Shown one piece after another: positions 14,245-27,479 of a DNA stretch of 64,000 nucleotides. Every line of letters begins with the position of its first letter. Position 1 is the first letter of the stretch. The notes below the pieces were generated by a model. It worked only from the letters and a program-made list of their open reading frames with translations. It was not told the origin of the DNA and ran no database searches. The stretch covers positions 239,072,001 to 239,136,000 of the forward strand of contig OZ024741.1 in NCBI GenBank assembly GCA_964016885.1, read 5' to 3'. This DNA is from Eledone cirrhosa. Taxonomy: Eukaryota. A program made the translations under genes and the position numbers.

Positions 14245-16670
14245 TTGGGAGACTGCAGCAGTCCGTCTTGCCAGGAAAGAACATTGTAATGCTGAACGGG
14301 AATACAAACTGCATAAATCAGATATCAATAGGAAAAAGCGAAATAAATCATCTAACCATCTCAAGCAGGTGACAAAAAAGGCAGTGCTTGAATTTGAACA
14401 GTGCCTAGCAACCAACTCCGACAGTAAGGTGTTCTGGAAATATGTACACTCAAAGCAGAGGCCTCACTCTCCAGTTGGTCCTCTTCACAATCCCCACACA
14501 AACGAGATTACTGACGACCCCAAGAAATGCACAGAACTCATTGCTGAATGCTATGCAGGCATTTTCACTGTTGAAGACCAAAATGTACCATTCCCACCAC
14601 CTCTGACATCAAATTCTATAGCAACTATGGAATTTACACCTGCAATGCTGTGACGTCACCTTAAGAATAAACGTAATCATGCTGGAGGCACATGGCTTAG
14701 TGGTTAGAGCATTGGCCTTGCAATCAAAAGGTTGAGAGTTCAATTCTCAGCCCGGGTGATGTGTTGTTTCCTTGAGCAAGACACTTTATTTCACATTGCT
14801 CCAGTTTACTCAGCTGTAGAAATGAGATGATAGGGACTGAGGTCCCTATCATTCCACTGCAAAGTGGTCGTGGAGGTGCCACGGCAAAACAGCACCCAGC
14901 ACTCACTGTAAATGAGGTTGGTGTTAGGAAGGACATCCAGCTGTAGAAATCAAGCCAGAATCAGTTCCCGTCCCACCCTTGCAAGCAGGGAAAAAGCGGA
15001 TGTAAAATGATGATGATGATGATGCCTCTCCTGGTCTTGATGGTGTTACGTACCTGCTTCTCAAACGTGGTGGATACCTCCTTCTGCACCAGCTACCACT
15101 CTTCTTTCAATTCTGTCTTAATAATTGTTTCTACTTTAGGCACAAGGCCAGCAATTACCCAGTGCATTGGTGCTACACCGAAGCAGTGGAAAACTGCCAG
15201 TGCCATTCCTCTGTTCAAAAAGGGTGACCGCACATCACCTGTCAACTATCGTCCAGTCAGTCTTACTAGCTGCATTGCCAAACTGATGGAATCCTGTGTC
15301 AGAGAAACAATTTGGAACTTCTGGAATTCTCAGTCTTATCCAGCCCTTGCAATTTGGATTTATCCCCAAATTCAGCTGCTGTGATCAACTTATCGCGTTT
15401 CTTGAAGACATCACCCGGATCACTGATGGCGGCTCATGGGTAGATGTTGTTTACCCTGACTTTGCTAAAGCTTTTAATTCTGTGCCACACAAAAAAACTT
15501 ATAGCAAAACTCTCGGCAATGGGTGTGAAGGATGATCTTTTTAACTGGTTGAAGTCCTTCATTCTCAGTCGAAGAGAGGCAGTCATGGTTCTAGGACAGC
15601 ATTCCTCACCGTATGATATGTCATCTAGTGTACTACAGGGATCTGTTCTTGGTCCCCTTTTGTTTGTTGCATATATTAATGACATAGATGCCAACTTAAA
15701 GAATGCCACAGTACTGAAATATGCAGATGACATCAAGCTGTACCTTGAGATAAAAAGGACAGATCCTGAACACTATAGATCTTTCCTGCAATCAGACCTC
15801 GATGCAATGCAACAATGGATCACGAACTGGCAACTCAAGCTAGCTGTGGACACGTGTACCACTATGCATTTTGGGAGTAAAAACCCAGTGTCCACATACT
15901 CCCTTCACAACACTAATATCAAGAAGTCTTCTTGTGAACGTGACCTGGGTATTGCTGTCAGCAGCGATTTGTGTTGGACGAAACACATCTCTAAAATTGT
16001 CAAGAAGGCCAAGTGTGTCTTAGCATCACTCAACAAGACCTTTGTCAGCCGCTCTCCAGATATCTATTTAAGGCTGTATATAGCTATGGTGCAGCCACAC
16101 TTAGAATTTACATCACCAGTCTGGAACCCCTATCTTGCTCAGAACATTGACCTGGAAACTGTTCAGAGACGTGCAACCAAGCGAATATGCTCCATCAGGC
16201 ATCTACCATACTCTGAACGCCTTGCTTCCCTGGGCATGGATATATTGAAGCCCCGACATCTGGCAACTGACTTGGTAAACACCCACAAAATTATTAACCA
16301 TCTTGCCAACAACAACCCTGAGCACCTTTTTGATTTCCATGTGTTTAACACACGTGGACATGCCTACAACATCAGAAAACAGCACAGCTCCCATGACTTT
16401 CGGAAACATTTTTTCACACTCAAAATTGCTGAAGCATGGAACAAACTATCTGCATCAGTAGTTATCTGCCATCCTTTAAAACCTCCATGCTTCCTGAAAT
16501 TCGCCAACACTATACCTGATATCCCTCCTCCATGCACACGCACACATGTATATCATGACTCATGCACTGTTCATTTTCCTGACATTTGTACATTATTCTA
16601 TATACTATACATGCACATTTGATGAGTTGTAGTGCACCTGAGCATTGTACACAGTAATTTCATTATTATT
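14245..16670 (+). mobile_element. CR1/L2-group LINE ORF2 remnant (RT), interrupted by two SINE insertions
   Basis: FWKYVHSK, SPGLDG, PLFKKGDRTSPVNYRPVSLTS, DFAKAFNSVPH, QGSVLGPLLF, YADD, ERDLGI, LETVQRRATK, TRGH. Frameshifts are present. The 3' end runs into (TTA)n. Confidence 0.9.
14684..15024 (+). mobile_element. tRNA-derived SINE family B with RTE-type 3' tail, nested in the CR1/L2 LINE
   Basis: A-box TGGCTTAGTGG, B-box GAGTTCAATTC, central CCTTGAGCAAGACACTT, tail TTAGGAAGG.CATCCAGCTGTAGAAA...(ATG)n. Removing it restores NKRNHASPGLDG. Confidence 0.85.
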
Positions 16671-17361
16671 ATTATTAACACAAACCTATCATAGAAGATA
16701 TTTGCCCAAGACACCCACCAGAGAGCAAGATCAAGCCCAGAACTACATAGTTGCAAACATTCTTAAACACAAGTCCAGCCTAATACAAACAGTTCAGAAA
16801 TCATTAGAAAAGGCAGTAAAGAAGGTGTTCTTATATGAATATTTACTTTGAAGCCATATGGTTAAATATGATCATTCATTATATATCAAGAGAAGGGTCT
16901 CTAATTCCTATATTTGTAATGATCAGTATTAAATTACAAGAACAACCATTTTACTATGTCAGTATAATTTATCATCACCTAACTCAGAATCATTACAATA
17001 TAGATACCATAGTGAAAGGAGCACTGCATACAACCATACAGATTTTTTTGTTTGTTTGTTTTTTTGTTTTTGTTTTGTTATTTTGTTATTTTGAAATTTT
17101 AATGAAGTAATTAAACATTTTTTTAAAGTGTCTTCTACTGAAATCACATGATGATCAATACATTGACAGTAAAATATAGTAGAGTCTTTGGAAATGCCAT
17201 AATATAATGTGTGTGTGTGTGCAATTAAGGAGTTTCCTTCACAACCACATGGTTTCAAGTCCAGTCCCACAGCATGAAACTATAACCACAAAATGGGAAA
17301 TTTTCCATTTTGCTATCAAAATAGCTTCAGCTTAACTGTCGGGGCCATTAAATCCTATAAT

Positions 17362-17723
17362 AATTGTTTCTACTTTTGGCACATGGCCAGCAATTATCCC
17401 AGTATATTACTGGTGCTTTATTTTATCAACCCCCGTAAGGATGAAAGGTAAATTTAACCTCGGTAGGATTTGAACTCAGACCATAAAGGGTCGTAACTGT
17501 TTGCTGCAAAGCATGGCGTCAGACCCTCTACCGATACTGCCAATCTATAATAATTGTTTCTACTTTTGGCACAAGGCCAGCAATTACCCAGTTCATTTTT
17601 ATCGACCCCGTAAGGATGAAAAACAAAGTTAACCTCGACGGGATTTGAACTCAGACCGTAAAAGGATGTAACTATGCTGGAAAGCATGGCGTCCGACCCT
17701 CTACCGATACTGCCAATTCACCG
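17362..17723 (-). mobile_element. Two tandem SINE-A copies
   Basis: The second copy is flanked by a duplicated CAATCTATAATAAT. Confidence 0.85.
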
Positions 17724-17829
17724 CAATCTATAATAATATCTACACCGTGCATTCCTTAAATTTAGAGTACTACATTTAATGATAGTTATACTGGCCTTAA
17801 CAAGTAACACCTCTTCTCTCTCTCTCTCT

Positions 17830-17877
<48 letters not shown>

Positions 17878-19544
17878 TCACTATCTAACATCCATTTTTC
17901 CATTCTAGCAAGGGTTAGATGAGTTAACCTACTGTGAGACAAGTCAGATCAACTGACTGTGTCTTACTCATACAGAACTGTGTCTGGCTTGGTTTCTACG
18001 GCTAACTGCCCTTCCTAATGCCAACCATATTTACAGTGTGGACTGAGTGCTGGGAAGGAGAAGGTACATGTAAGTAGGGTGGGGATTGGAGAGGCAGGTC
18101 TAGGGTGGGGCACTTAGCTGGTGTAGGGTGGAGTGTAAGGACGTGAGTGAAGGGTGGAGTGTTAGGATGTGAGTGAAGGATGAAGTTTAGGGATGTGGGA
18201 GGTGTATGGAAAGAGGAGGAGGGAAAGGAAGTGGAAATAGGTGCATACTATATGTATGCTTCAACACATGCACATGGGAAGGCAGATATCCTTGCGATTT
18301 CTAAACTGAAACTTCCTTTAGGGGTGTTTAGATGAGAAGCTCCTACAATTTGAGCTGATCCAAGTGTTTTGGAATAAAATAAAACAGGACTGTGAGAATG
18401 AACACTGGCGAAAGCAACAGACATCTTTCAATTTTATTTGATCTCACTAAAACATATTAACTTAGCAAGATGGTCTTTATCTTAAGTTGTTTTAAAATAT
18501 GTGTATATGATAGGTAAGTACATACATATATATATATATATATATATGGGGGGGGGTCTGTGTGTGTGTGTTTGTGTGTGTGTGCCTGTGTGTGTGTTAC
18601 TCTTCCCCTAGTAGTTAGGGTGTTTGATTTATGATCATAATGTCATGGATTCAATTCCTGGACCAGGGTGATGGTTGTATTCTTTAGCAAAATATTTTAT
18701 TCCACATTGGGTTTAACCTTGCAATAGACTTGTATTCTATCAGGGAGAGTCTTGTATTCTCAGTCACTTAATGTCAAGGAAATTGAGATGGATATTAGAC
18801 CTTAGACATTTAGACCCCTTCCCCACATATTGTCATTTACCCATGATATACTTATCCTCCTTCTTACCTCTTTCCATCCTATTTTCACCCTACAACCCCA
18901 GCATAGAGTAGAGAGGGGCCTTCAATCAGGTCTATGACTGACAATCTCCCTAATGCTGGACCATGATAAAATGCACCCCACACATTCTATATTAGGAAAG
19001 GCTTCCAACTGTAGACACCATGCCAAAAAGGATTAAGAGGACCCTCTAGTCAAGACACAACAACCTGTATAGTGTTGGTGCCATAAAAAATGCATCCATT
19101 ACACCCTGGAAGATGGTTGGTGATAGGAAAAGCATGCAGTCATAGAAATCATGCCAAAAACAGGTTGAGAACAGGTTGAGAACTCAGTTGTGTCAAAGGT
19201 ACAATAACCTCTCTTGTGTTAGTAACATGATAAAAGTACCCAGCACCCTCTGTAAAATGGATAGTGACAGGATGAGCATCCAACCACAGAAAACTTGCCA
19301 AACAAAGGGCTCTGGAGGACTCCTCAACAGTATGAAAGACATAACCTCCCTATTGCTGGTACCATAACAAAATGCCCCTGGGCCACTCTGTAGATTGCAA
19401 GAATTTGTGTAAGCATGATGCAGGCCTCCGATGAATCTGAGGGTTCAGTAGCTCCAATTAAGTACTAACTTGGTCTGTAACAACCAGTCTAACCATTGTT
19501 AACATAGAAAATAGATGTTAAGTAATCACAATATAATAAATACA

Positions 19545-20310
19545 TACTGCTGAACAACTGCCTGATTGCATGAGAGGCTCCCTCACAGCCACCGGACACG
19601 CCGACACCCAGTTGCACCGGACTAAACTCCTCACCCAGTTCGTGTGTGATGGACTTGCAGATCACCTTGGCAGCCAGCCTCCGGAAGACATTACCCACAG
19701 CAATGGGGCGTATGCCACCCTCTTTCTTCCTGAGAGCGGTGAGGCTGGCTGAAAAAAAGAGGCCTCGGGCATAAGGGTTGAGGGCACCATGAATGAGCCT
19801 ATTAGTGAGCGCCACAATTGCACTCAGAAGGCGGCGCCCGGCCTCAGCGGAGAGGGGCGATGTCAACTCCTTGAGATGGCCTGGTCGGAGACCATCAACA
19901 CCTCCACAGCTACTAGCTGGGAAGGACCTCATGGCGGACATGATATCTGCATCAGTAGCCACAAGGAACAGGTGGGAGTCGGGTGGGGGTATGGGTCTGA
20001 GATCAGTGGGTGGCTCAGGGTGTTTGAGCCACAGAGCAGCCAGGATCTCCTCGGTGGGTTGGAGGACAGTGTCCTCTGAGGCAACAACTCTGACAGCGGC
20101 CGAGACATCACCCATAATAAGCTTTGCGTTTACCCCGTCACGCAAACGCTTGGCGCTGGCCTCGGGGGTGGAGGATAGGGGGTACCTGAAGGTGGGGTGT
20201 GTGGCGTCCCTGGGCACGCTTGGAATGGGCGCTCGCCCAATTGACGAGACATTGGCCTTGTCGAAGGCTGCTGTTGACCGGCCGCCCCGGTCAGCGCCAG
20301 AGAATTTCTG
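19545..20310 (-). mobile_element. GC-rich N-terminal RT fragment of a CRE-type non-LTR retrotransposon
   Basis: About 250 codons without a stop: RGGRS, LKHPEPP, SFPASSCGGVDGLRPGHLKEL, ALRKKEGGIRPIAVGNVFRRLAAK, QLGVGVSGGCE. These are characteristic of CRE/SLACS-like RTs. Confidence 0.75.
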
Positions 20311-21054
20311 TGCATATTGTCAATTACGATTTTATTTAAGGTATCATATCTATATGCTTATATATTTGTGTATAATATCAATATGCACACTACAGACGCC
20401 AGCAGAAAACCACCCGAAGGGTGTTTTTTCTGCTAGTGATAATAATGATGATACGTGTATGTATGTAAATATATATGTGGATCTAGAAGGAAGCTGATGA
20501 GGTAATCACGACGCTATACTTCTGTATTTCTCTTTAGTTTACATTCTTCATCCTTTCTTTATTATTTTTTATCTTTTGCAATTCTCCGAAAATATTCTGC
20601 TCCATTTCTCTCATCCCCACTTTTCTCTTCTATACTCCTTTCATTTCTTATCTCATGCTTTAGACTCACTTTCTTCCATTCTCTCCCTCTCTCCATTCTT
20701 CTGCTCAATATGTAGTTATGTTTTAACCCAACATTTTGCTATGCACATAGCAATCAGCTGTTTACAGCTACCCCCATGCTGAGATTCCAACAATTTTATG
20801 AATATATATATATATATATGTAGACGTGTAGCGGTCATGTAGGTGTCATGACAAAAAAGCACCCAGTCCACACTGTAAAGTGGTCATGTAGGAGACACAG
20901 CAAAAAAGCACCCAGCACATACAGTTCTATATGAGCGAGATACGGTCACCCAACCCAACTTGCCTCAAATGGGACAAACCCATCTAACCCATGCTAGTGT
21001 GGAAGATAGGCATTAAACGAAGATGATGTTGATGATGAGGATATATATATATCA

Positions 21055-21282
21055 GGATTTTACCAGTTTTAAACTAGTAAAACCATTATTCAGCAAAATA
21101 CTCAATACTTGGGATAGTAGAGTGTAAATATATTAGAGAGTCGGGGTCTTATCGACACATAAATCACCTTAGGCCATGTCCCTGATGAGATGGCTGATTC
21201 ACAGCAGGGAGTTTTATCCCCTGTCTGGAATTTGCTGTTGAAACGGCAAGAGCTCAACTGTCATGTTCTGACTCTTTAATAT
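21055..21282 (+). mobile_element. (TA)n-flanked small element with an extended hammerhead-like motif
   Basis: CTGATGA at 21182, long stem II, GAAAC at 21240, GTC at 21260. Shares TACTCAATACTT.GG.TAGTAGAGTG with 35574-35599. Confidence 0.5.
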
Positions 21283-21294
21283 ATATATATATAT

Positions 21295-21640
21295 GGAGGC
21301 ACATGGCTTAGTGGTTAGAGCATTGGCCTTGCAATCGAAAGGTTGTGAGTTCAATTCTCAGACCGGGTGATGTGTTGTTTCCTTGAGCAAGACACTTTAT
21401 TTCACATTGCTCCAGTTTACTCAGCTGTAGAAATGAGATGATAGGGACTGGGTTCCCTATCATTCCACTGCAAAGTGGACGTGTAGGCGCCACAGCAAAA
21501 AAGCACCCAGCACTCACTGTAAATGAGGTTGGTGTTAGGAAGGGCATCCAGCTGTAGAAATCAAGCCAAAAATCAGTTCCCGTCCCACCCTTGCAAGCAG
21601 GGAAAAGCGGATGTAAAATAAAATGATGATGAATGATGAT
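21295..21640 (+). mobile_element. SINE-B full-length copy
   Basis: Near-identical to 14684-15024. Its 5' end abuts (TA)n. Confidence 0.85.
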
Positions 21641-21929
21641 ATGTGTGTGTGTTTGTATTTATGTGTGTGTAGATGTGTCATCATCATCATATATTTCAAT
21701 GTGTCATTTACTGTGTGTGATGCTAGTGGGGCAGTTCCTCTACTTGTGGTTGTGTGGTTAAGAAAAAAATTAAACCATGGAAGTTTGAATTTCTGTGGCC
21801 ATATTTCTAATATATTCAAATTAATTAATGAAGAATTAGAAGGGAGTTGCTAAAATTATTAATTATTTTATTATTAAGATTGTACACATTTGTAACATAA
21901 TTTAACAAAAGGTTCTTATGTAAAATAAT

Positions 21930-22111
21930 TGTTTCTACTTTAGGCACAAGGCCAGCAATTATCCCAGTGCATTACTGGTACTTTATTTTATCGACCCCAT
22001 AAGGATGAAAGGCAAAGTCAACCTCGGCGGGATTTGAACTCAGATCGTAAAGGGTCGTAACTATGCTGGAAAGCATGGCGTCCAACCCTCTACTGATAAT
22101 ACTGCCAATCC
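21930..22111 (-). mobile_element. SINE-A with 13-bp TSD TATGTAAAATAAT
   Basis: Direct repeat on both sides of the copy. Confidence 0.85.
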
Positions 22112-23863
22112 ATATGTAAAATAATGTTGGAAGATTTTAATTTGAATAGGAATCCTTTAAAATGATTAGTTCTGTGTTGTAAAACAAGGGGTCGTTTTGA
22201 GTGGGCTTGTATTAAATGGGTCAGTTGTTAATACAGTAAAACAAATAAAAAATTTGCTCACGTAAGAGAAAAATTTTCTTTTTGTCTTTATTCATTAATC
22301 TTTTTGTGAATACTCTCTCATGTGGATGTAGCATGTTTCGGGTTTGGTCCTACAGTGTGAAATTTTAAGTGTATTTTACAATAGCCTCAGGTTGACCAAA
22401 GCCTTGAGAGAGAAATTGCAATGAAGGAAACTGTGTGGAGGTTTAGATGGATTGTATCAGTAATTCAAAAGGCTAATCTTATCATGCCAAATTTCTCTGA
22501 GAATTATGTTATGGGTAGACATATATGTGGAATATTCAGCCACTTACACATTAAATCAATAAGTAGACCATTCTGTTTACCAAACAACTGGAATCATCAA
22601 AACTGGCAGAGGTCCATTTTTAATACTGTATCAAATATTTCTTATGCTGAAAATGTAACTAAACAGGAAAAGATTGAATGTGATTCTACCTGTTCTATAG
22701 TATTCTTTAACAGAGAGTTTTCAAAAATACGTTTCTACTTTCCTTAACCAGCCCTTCCATATTGTTTCATTTACTCTGTGCTGTAGTTGATCTAAATGTC
22801 TTCTCAAGTAGAATTTTTCTGTAAAATGGGCTGGAAAACTTGACACTGCAAGATGGAATTCTCAGCTTAGCCCCATTTATTTAGTGATAGTTATTTAATC
22901 TATCTCAACAGAGAAGATTATACAATTATTTCTCCCTTACTTTTCACCTGCAGGGTAAATGTGTCAGAAAAGTCAAGTTCTAGAAGGAAATTATGGTCAT
23001 CAACTCAATGTTAGCTGATTTGATCAGTTAGATAGACAGGTAGACAGAATACTTGGCATCTATTCTAATCTTCTTTGACAGTTTAATTAACTGTGAATTC
23101 TCCATACAGTAGTAGACACTGTCTAAATAATAAATTGTATGGGTTTTATTATTATCAATCTAGTTTGTAACTTTTTATTCATTTAACAAGATGTTACTAC
23201 ATACACTAGGATATCATTTCAGATGATACAGAGTTATTAAATGACTTAATCTTAAATTATCAGTAAGTCTATTATACTAAATATTGGATTGTACTCTTTT
23301 ACTGTAAAGATGCTATTTGTTATCAGGATTTTGATAATTTTCCTATGTCTGTGAAATACTGTAGAACACAATTGCTGCAAGCATTGTACACAGTGAAACA
23401 TACTACAATAAAAGCTGCCGCCAACCAATATCCAATGCTACCAGAAACTAATTGCTGTTTTAACGATAAGAAAACAAACTGTTCAGATTGTACATAAATA
23501 GAGAGAATAATGAACCCCAGAGGACTGACTCAATGCTATTCTTCTCAGTAACAGAGAAGAAAAATAACATGAATTGCCAAGATAATCAACATTTGTAGGA
23601 GGAGTTTCATTTTCTGAGAAATTGATGTCGATGTAATAAAGTTATCTAATGATTAGAAGTTGAAAACATTGCTGTCACTCAGGAGATTAGAAATCATTTG
23701 AAATTACTCAGGTCACCATCAACATTTTAAACTTATATTCCAAGTTTCTGATTTGGATAGTTTACCCAGCATTCTTAATGTCTGTCTCTATATCAGTGAA
23801 GATGCTATTTTGGAGATAGTTAGGATCTGTTATCTTATATAGTTACAAACAGGCATTGTTTAA

Positions 23864-24072
23864 CCCTTTAGCATTTATATTACTCTATATATACTATTAT
23901 ATTTTCACAGTAAAGTCTTTTCTCATATAATTATCTCACATAATATAGAATCTATGAAATTTTGATAATATTTACTTTGAGAACAATACCTTAACATCAG
24001 TATGAGTGGCCAGTTACAGCCAGTTTTAATAGAGAATTCTAGTCAGAAACAGTCAGTTTAAATTCTAAAGTG
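23864..24072. mobile_element. TTAA-flanked MITE (piggyBac-like ends)
   Basis: TTAA|CCCTTTAGCATTTA ... TAAATTCTAAAGTG|TTAA. Confidence 0.6.
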
Positions 24073-24220
24073 TTAAAGGCAATGTTTTGTGTATTCAATG
24101 CTAAAATGAGATACTGGAAGAAAAAGAAAGTAAAATAGTTTAGCAAATTTTCATGTGTGTGTGCAAGTGTGTGTGAGTGTGTGCCTGTGTTTGTGGTTGT
24201 GTTTACGTTTACCAGTTTAA

Positions 24221-24407
24221 CTCTTAACGTACTGTACCACATGAAACTGCATTAGCAAGACATTCTTGAAAAGTTAAAAAAATCAGACTATGTCTGTATC
24301 ACAAAAGTTAAAGTCTTTACTCTAATACTACCAAATTTCACAATAAACTGAATTAACAGGCCCTATTTTGGGACATTTTCTACTAAACTGTTACAGGATG
24401 TTAAGAG
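24221..24407. mobile_element. TTAA-flanked MITE, second family
   Basis: TTAA|CTCTTAACGTACTGTA ... TACAGGATGTTAAGAG|TTAA. A related copy lies near 61612-61812. Confidence 0.65.
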
Positions 24408-24629
24408 TTAAAACCAATGTCATATTATTATCCTTTAATGTCAAAATTATATTTTGACATAAATAGAGAGTGGTAAAATAAATAACTAACTGTAATAAAT
24501 ACTACAGGTTGATAGGGTTGACCAAAAAGTCTTGGAACTCTAAAATACTAAAAGTAATAATAAAGGTATTTTATTGAAAAAAAAATGTAAATATCTCTAG
24601 AAAGACTATAAGGCATTGAATTATAGATA

Positions 24630-24815
24630 ATTGTTTCTACTTTAGGCACAAGGCCAGCAATTACCCAGTGCATTATTGGTACTTTATTTTATCGACCCCG
24701 TAAGGATGAAAGGCAAAGTTAACCTCGGCGGCATTTGAACTCAGATCATAAAGGGACGTAACTCTATGCTTCAAAGCATGGTGTCCGACTCTCTACCGAT
24801 ACTGCCAATCCACCA
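24630..24815 (-). mobile_element. SINE-A
   Basis: Full head, core and tail; AGATAAT duplicated at the flanks. Confidence 0.85.
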
Positions 24816-25057
24816 AGATAATGATCTGACAGAAAGCCAGAACTAACAAATTTTCTATTTTGTTACATAATACCAAAATTATGGTGCAATGCATATATGA
24901 GCTTTGAAATATGTCATAAATAAACGTTCCTGGGTTCAATTCCTGTCCAAATACAAGGATATATGTAAAAATGATTACTACTTCAGGAACAAAGTAATTT
25001 TGAGATAGGGGAAAGTCACTTAAAATTTACCACAGTACTTGACTGGTATTATATTTT

Positions 25058-25525
25058 TGGCAGAATTGGTAGAGGGTTGGACATGCTTTCCAGCATAGTT
25101 ACGTCCCTTTACGATCATCATCATCATCATCATCATCATCACCGTTTTACGTCCGTTCTTCCACGCTAGCATGGGTTAGACGGGTTGTCCTGTTGTGGGC
25201 AGTGTCTGGTCGGCTGACCATGCCTTGCTCATACAGGAACTGATTTGGCTTGATTTCTACAGCTGGATGCCCTTCCTAACACCAACCTCATTTACAGTGA
25301 GTGCTGGGTGCTTTTTCGTGGCGCCTACACGTCCACTTTACAGTGTGGGCTGGATGCTTTTTTTGCCGTGGCACCTCCACGTCCACCTTGCAGTAGGGGG
25401 TGTGGGGGCATCTGAGTTCAAATCCCGCCAAGGTTAACTTTGCCTTTCATCCTTACGAGGTTGATAAAATAAAGTACCAGTAATGTACTGGGTAATTGCT
25501 AGCCTTGTGCCGAAAGTAGAAACAA
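25058..25525 (+). mobile_element. SINE-A split by a minus-strand RTE 3'-tail insertion (~25115-25410)
   Basis: SINE-A sequence CCTTTACGATC|TGAGTTC is separated by (CAT)n plus RTE-tail sequence. Confidence 0.8.
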
Positions 25526-26099
25526 TTATATTTTACTGACCCCATAAGGATGAAAGGCAAAGTTGATCTTGGATATAAAAAAGATATATTGAAATATAGT
25601 GTAGCTAAATTATAGTTATTATACATTGATTTATTTGGCTGTTATAGTTGCAATGTTGTGGCTGTTATACCTTCCAGCTTTCTTTAGGTCTCAAAATTTT
25701 GAACTGAACTTTTAAAATCACTTTACAGCATGTCCTGGGAGCATTTTTCTTGGCACCAGCACTAACACATTACAGCAGTAGAACAACAACCTCATTGTTA
25801 GATTGATATTTGATATAACTTAGTGGACTATTAACAGTTCATGGATAAGCAGTTGAAAATCCATTGTGGGTGTTTCAGTATGGCAAGACTCTTTATTCCA
25901 CATGCCTCAGTTTATTAGCAAAACTTCTAAGAAATATAACCAAATTAACATATTTTGGGGTTTTATTGTTAATCTACATTTATATTTACCTTCAATCTCT
26001 GTAAAAAAAAGAGGGATCAATTAGAGCTGATTTGGGGTTAAACAGCATCAACTTCACCTTATACTTCAATTAAGACATAAAATACATTTTGTTGTTTAA

Positions 26100-26318
26100 C
26101 CCTTTAGCATTTAAACCAGCCATATCCGGCCAGAACTCTCTCATCTTTCTGTTTAAACTGGCTGGAACTGGCCACTCATACAGACATTAAGGTATTGTTC
26201 TCAAAATAAATAATATCAAAATCTCATAGATTTGATATTACATTAGATAATTATATGAGGTAAAGCCTTTACCATGAAAATATAATGGTAAATATAGAAT
26301 AATGTAAATGCTAAAGGG
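26100..26318. mobile_element. piggyBac-like MITE
   Basis: TTAA|CCCTTTAGCATTTA ... TAAATGCTAAAGGG|TTAA: perfect 14-bp TIR with TTAA TSD. Confidence 0.8.
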
Positions 26319-26359
26319 TTAAACTCTTTCTATTATTATTTGCCACTGCAGAATATCAA

Positions 26360-27446
26360 TCTATCTATCTATATAATACTAAAAGTCTGTGATTGCTTGC
26401 TTGCTTGTCTGTAATGTAATACAGCCAAAAGGGTGCATGAGGGGAAAATACTTTGAAAGGGAGTTGACCCTGAAATGGGGATACAAATGGAATAGAACAA
26501 GTTTTGCGTAAATCAAAGCATGGGTTCCCGAGATATGGGGTTTTTCTGGGTACCTTCATAAACAGAAAGAGAGAAAGAGATAGTGGTTGGGAAAGAGTAG
26601 ATTGAAAGAGAGACATAGGAAACAGAGAAGGAGGATGGAAGAGAGACAGCTGGTGGTGTTGTTGTGTATATATATATGTGAGAGTGTGTGTGTGTATATA
26701 TATGTGTGTGTGTGTCTATGACTAGTGTATACAGATCACAGACACTATTATATATAAATATACACTCACACATACATATATATATATGTATACACATACA
26801 CACACATACATTTATATATTTCCATACACACACACATATATATATGGGCCTTCCAGTTTCATTTCATATTATATACATGTCTGTGTATATTTTAATTACT
26901 TAAAAATTATTTTTAAGTGAATATGATTTTTTTTTTATATTTTGAAGTGAACATGACCCAACGGGTCACGAGTGATCTAGTATATTACTAAAAGTCTGTG
27001 ATTGCTTGCTTGCTTGTCTGTAATGTAACACAGCCAAAGTGGCGCATAATGGGAAAATACTTTGAAAGGAAGTTGCCCCAGAAATGGGAATATAACTGGA
27101 ATAAAAAAAGTTTCACGTAAATCGGAGCATGGTTACCAAAGATATGGGGGTTTTCAGGGTCCCTTCATAAATAGAGAGAGAGAAAGATAGAGTGAAAGAG
27201 ATAGTGGTTGTGAGAGAGTAGATTGAAAGAGAGAGAGAGAGAGAAAATGGAAGAGAGAAAGATAGCTGTTGGTGTTGTTGAATGAAATTATAACAGGTGA
27301 TTTCAAAGAATCGATTACATCATCACTGTATCTAGCTCAAATTTGGTGACTGAATACTAAGTTTTATGTATCATATAACTTGTATTAGGACAGGATGTGT
27401 GTAAATAGAAAGGATTTCTAAGTGTGTGTGTGTCTGTGTGTGTATA

Positions 27447-27479
<33 letters not shown>

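Noticed and set aside
19793-20497. 234-aa plus-strand ORF
   Set aside because: Antisense shadow of the GC-rich RT fragment, with no recognisable motifs.
22540-23850. Possible ancient LINE remnant on the minus strand
   Set aside because: Only scattered motif-like fragments; it cannot be supported by eye.
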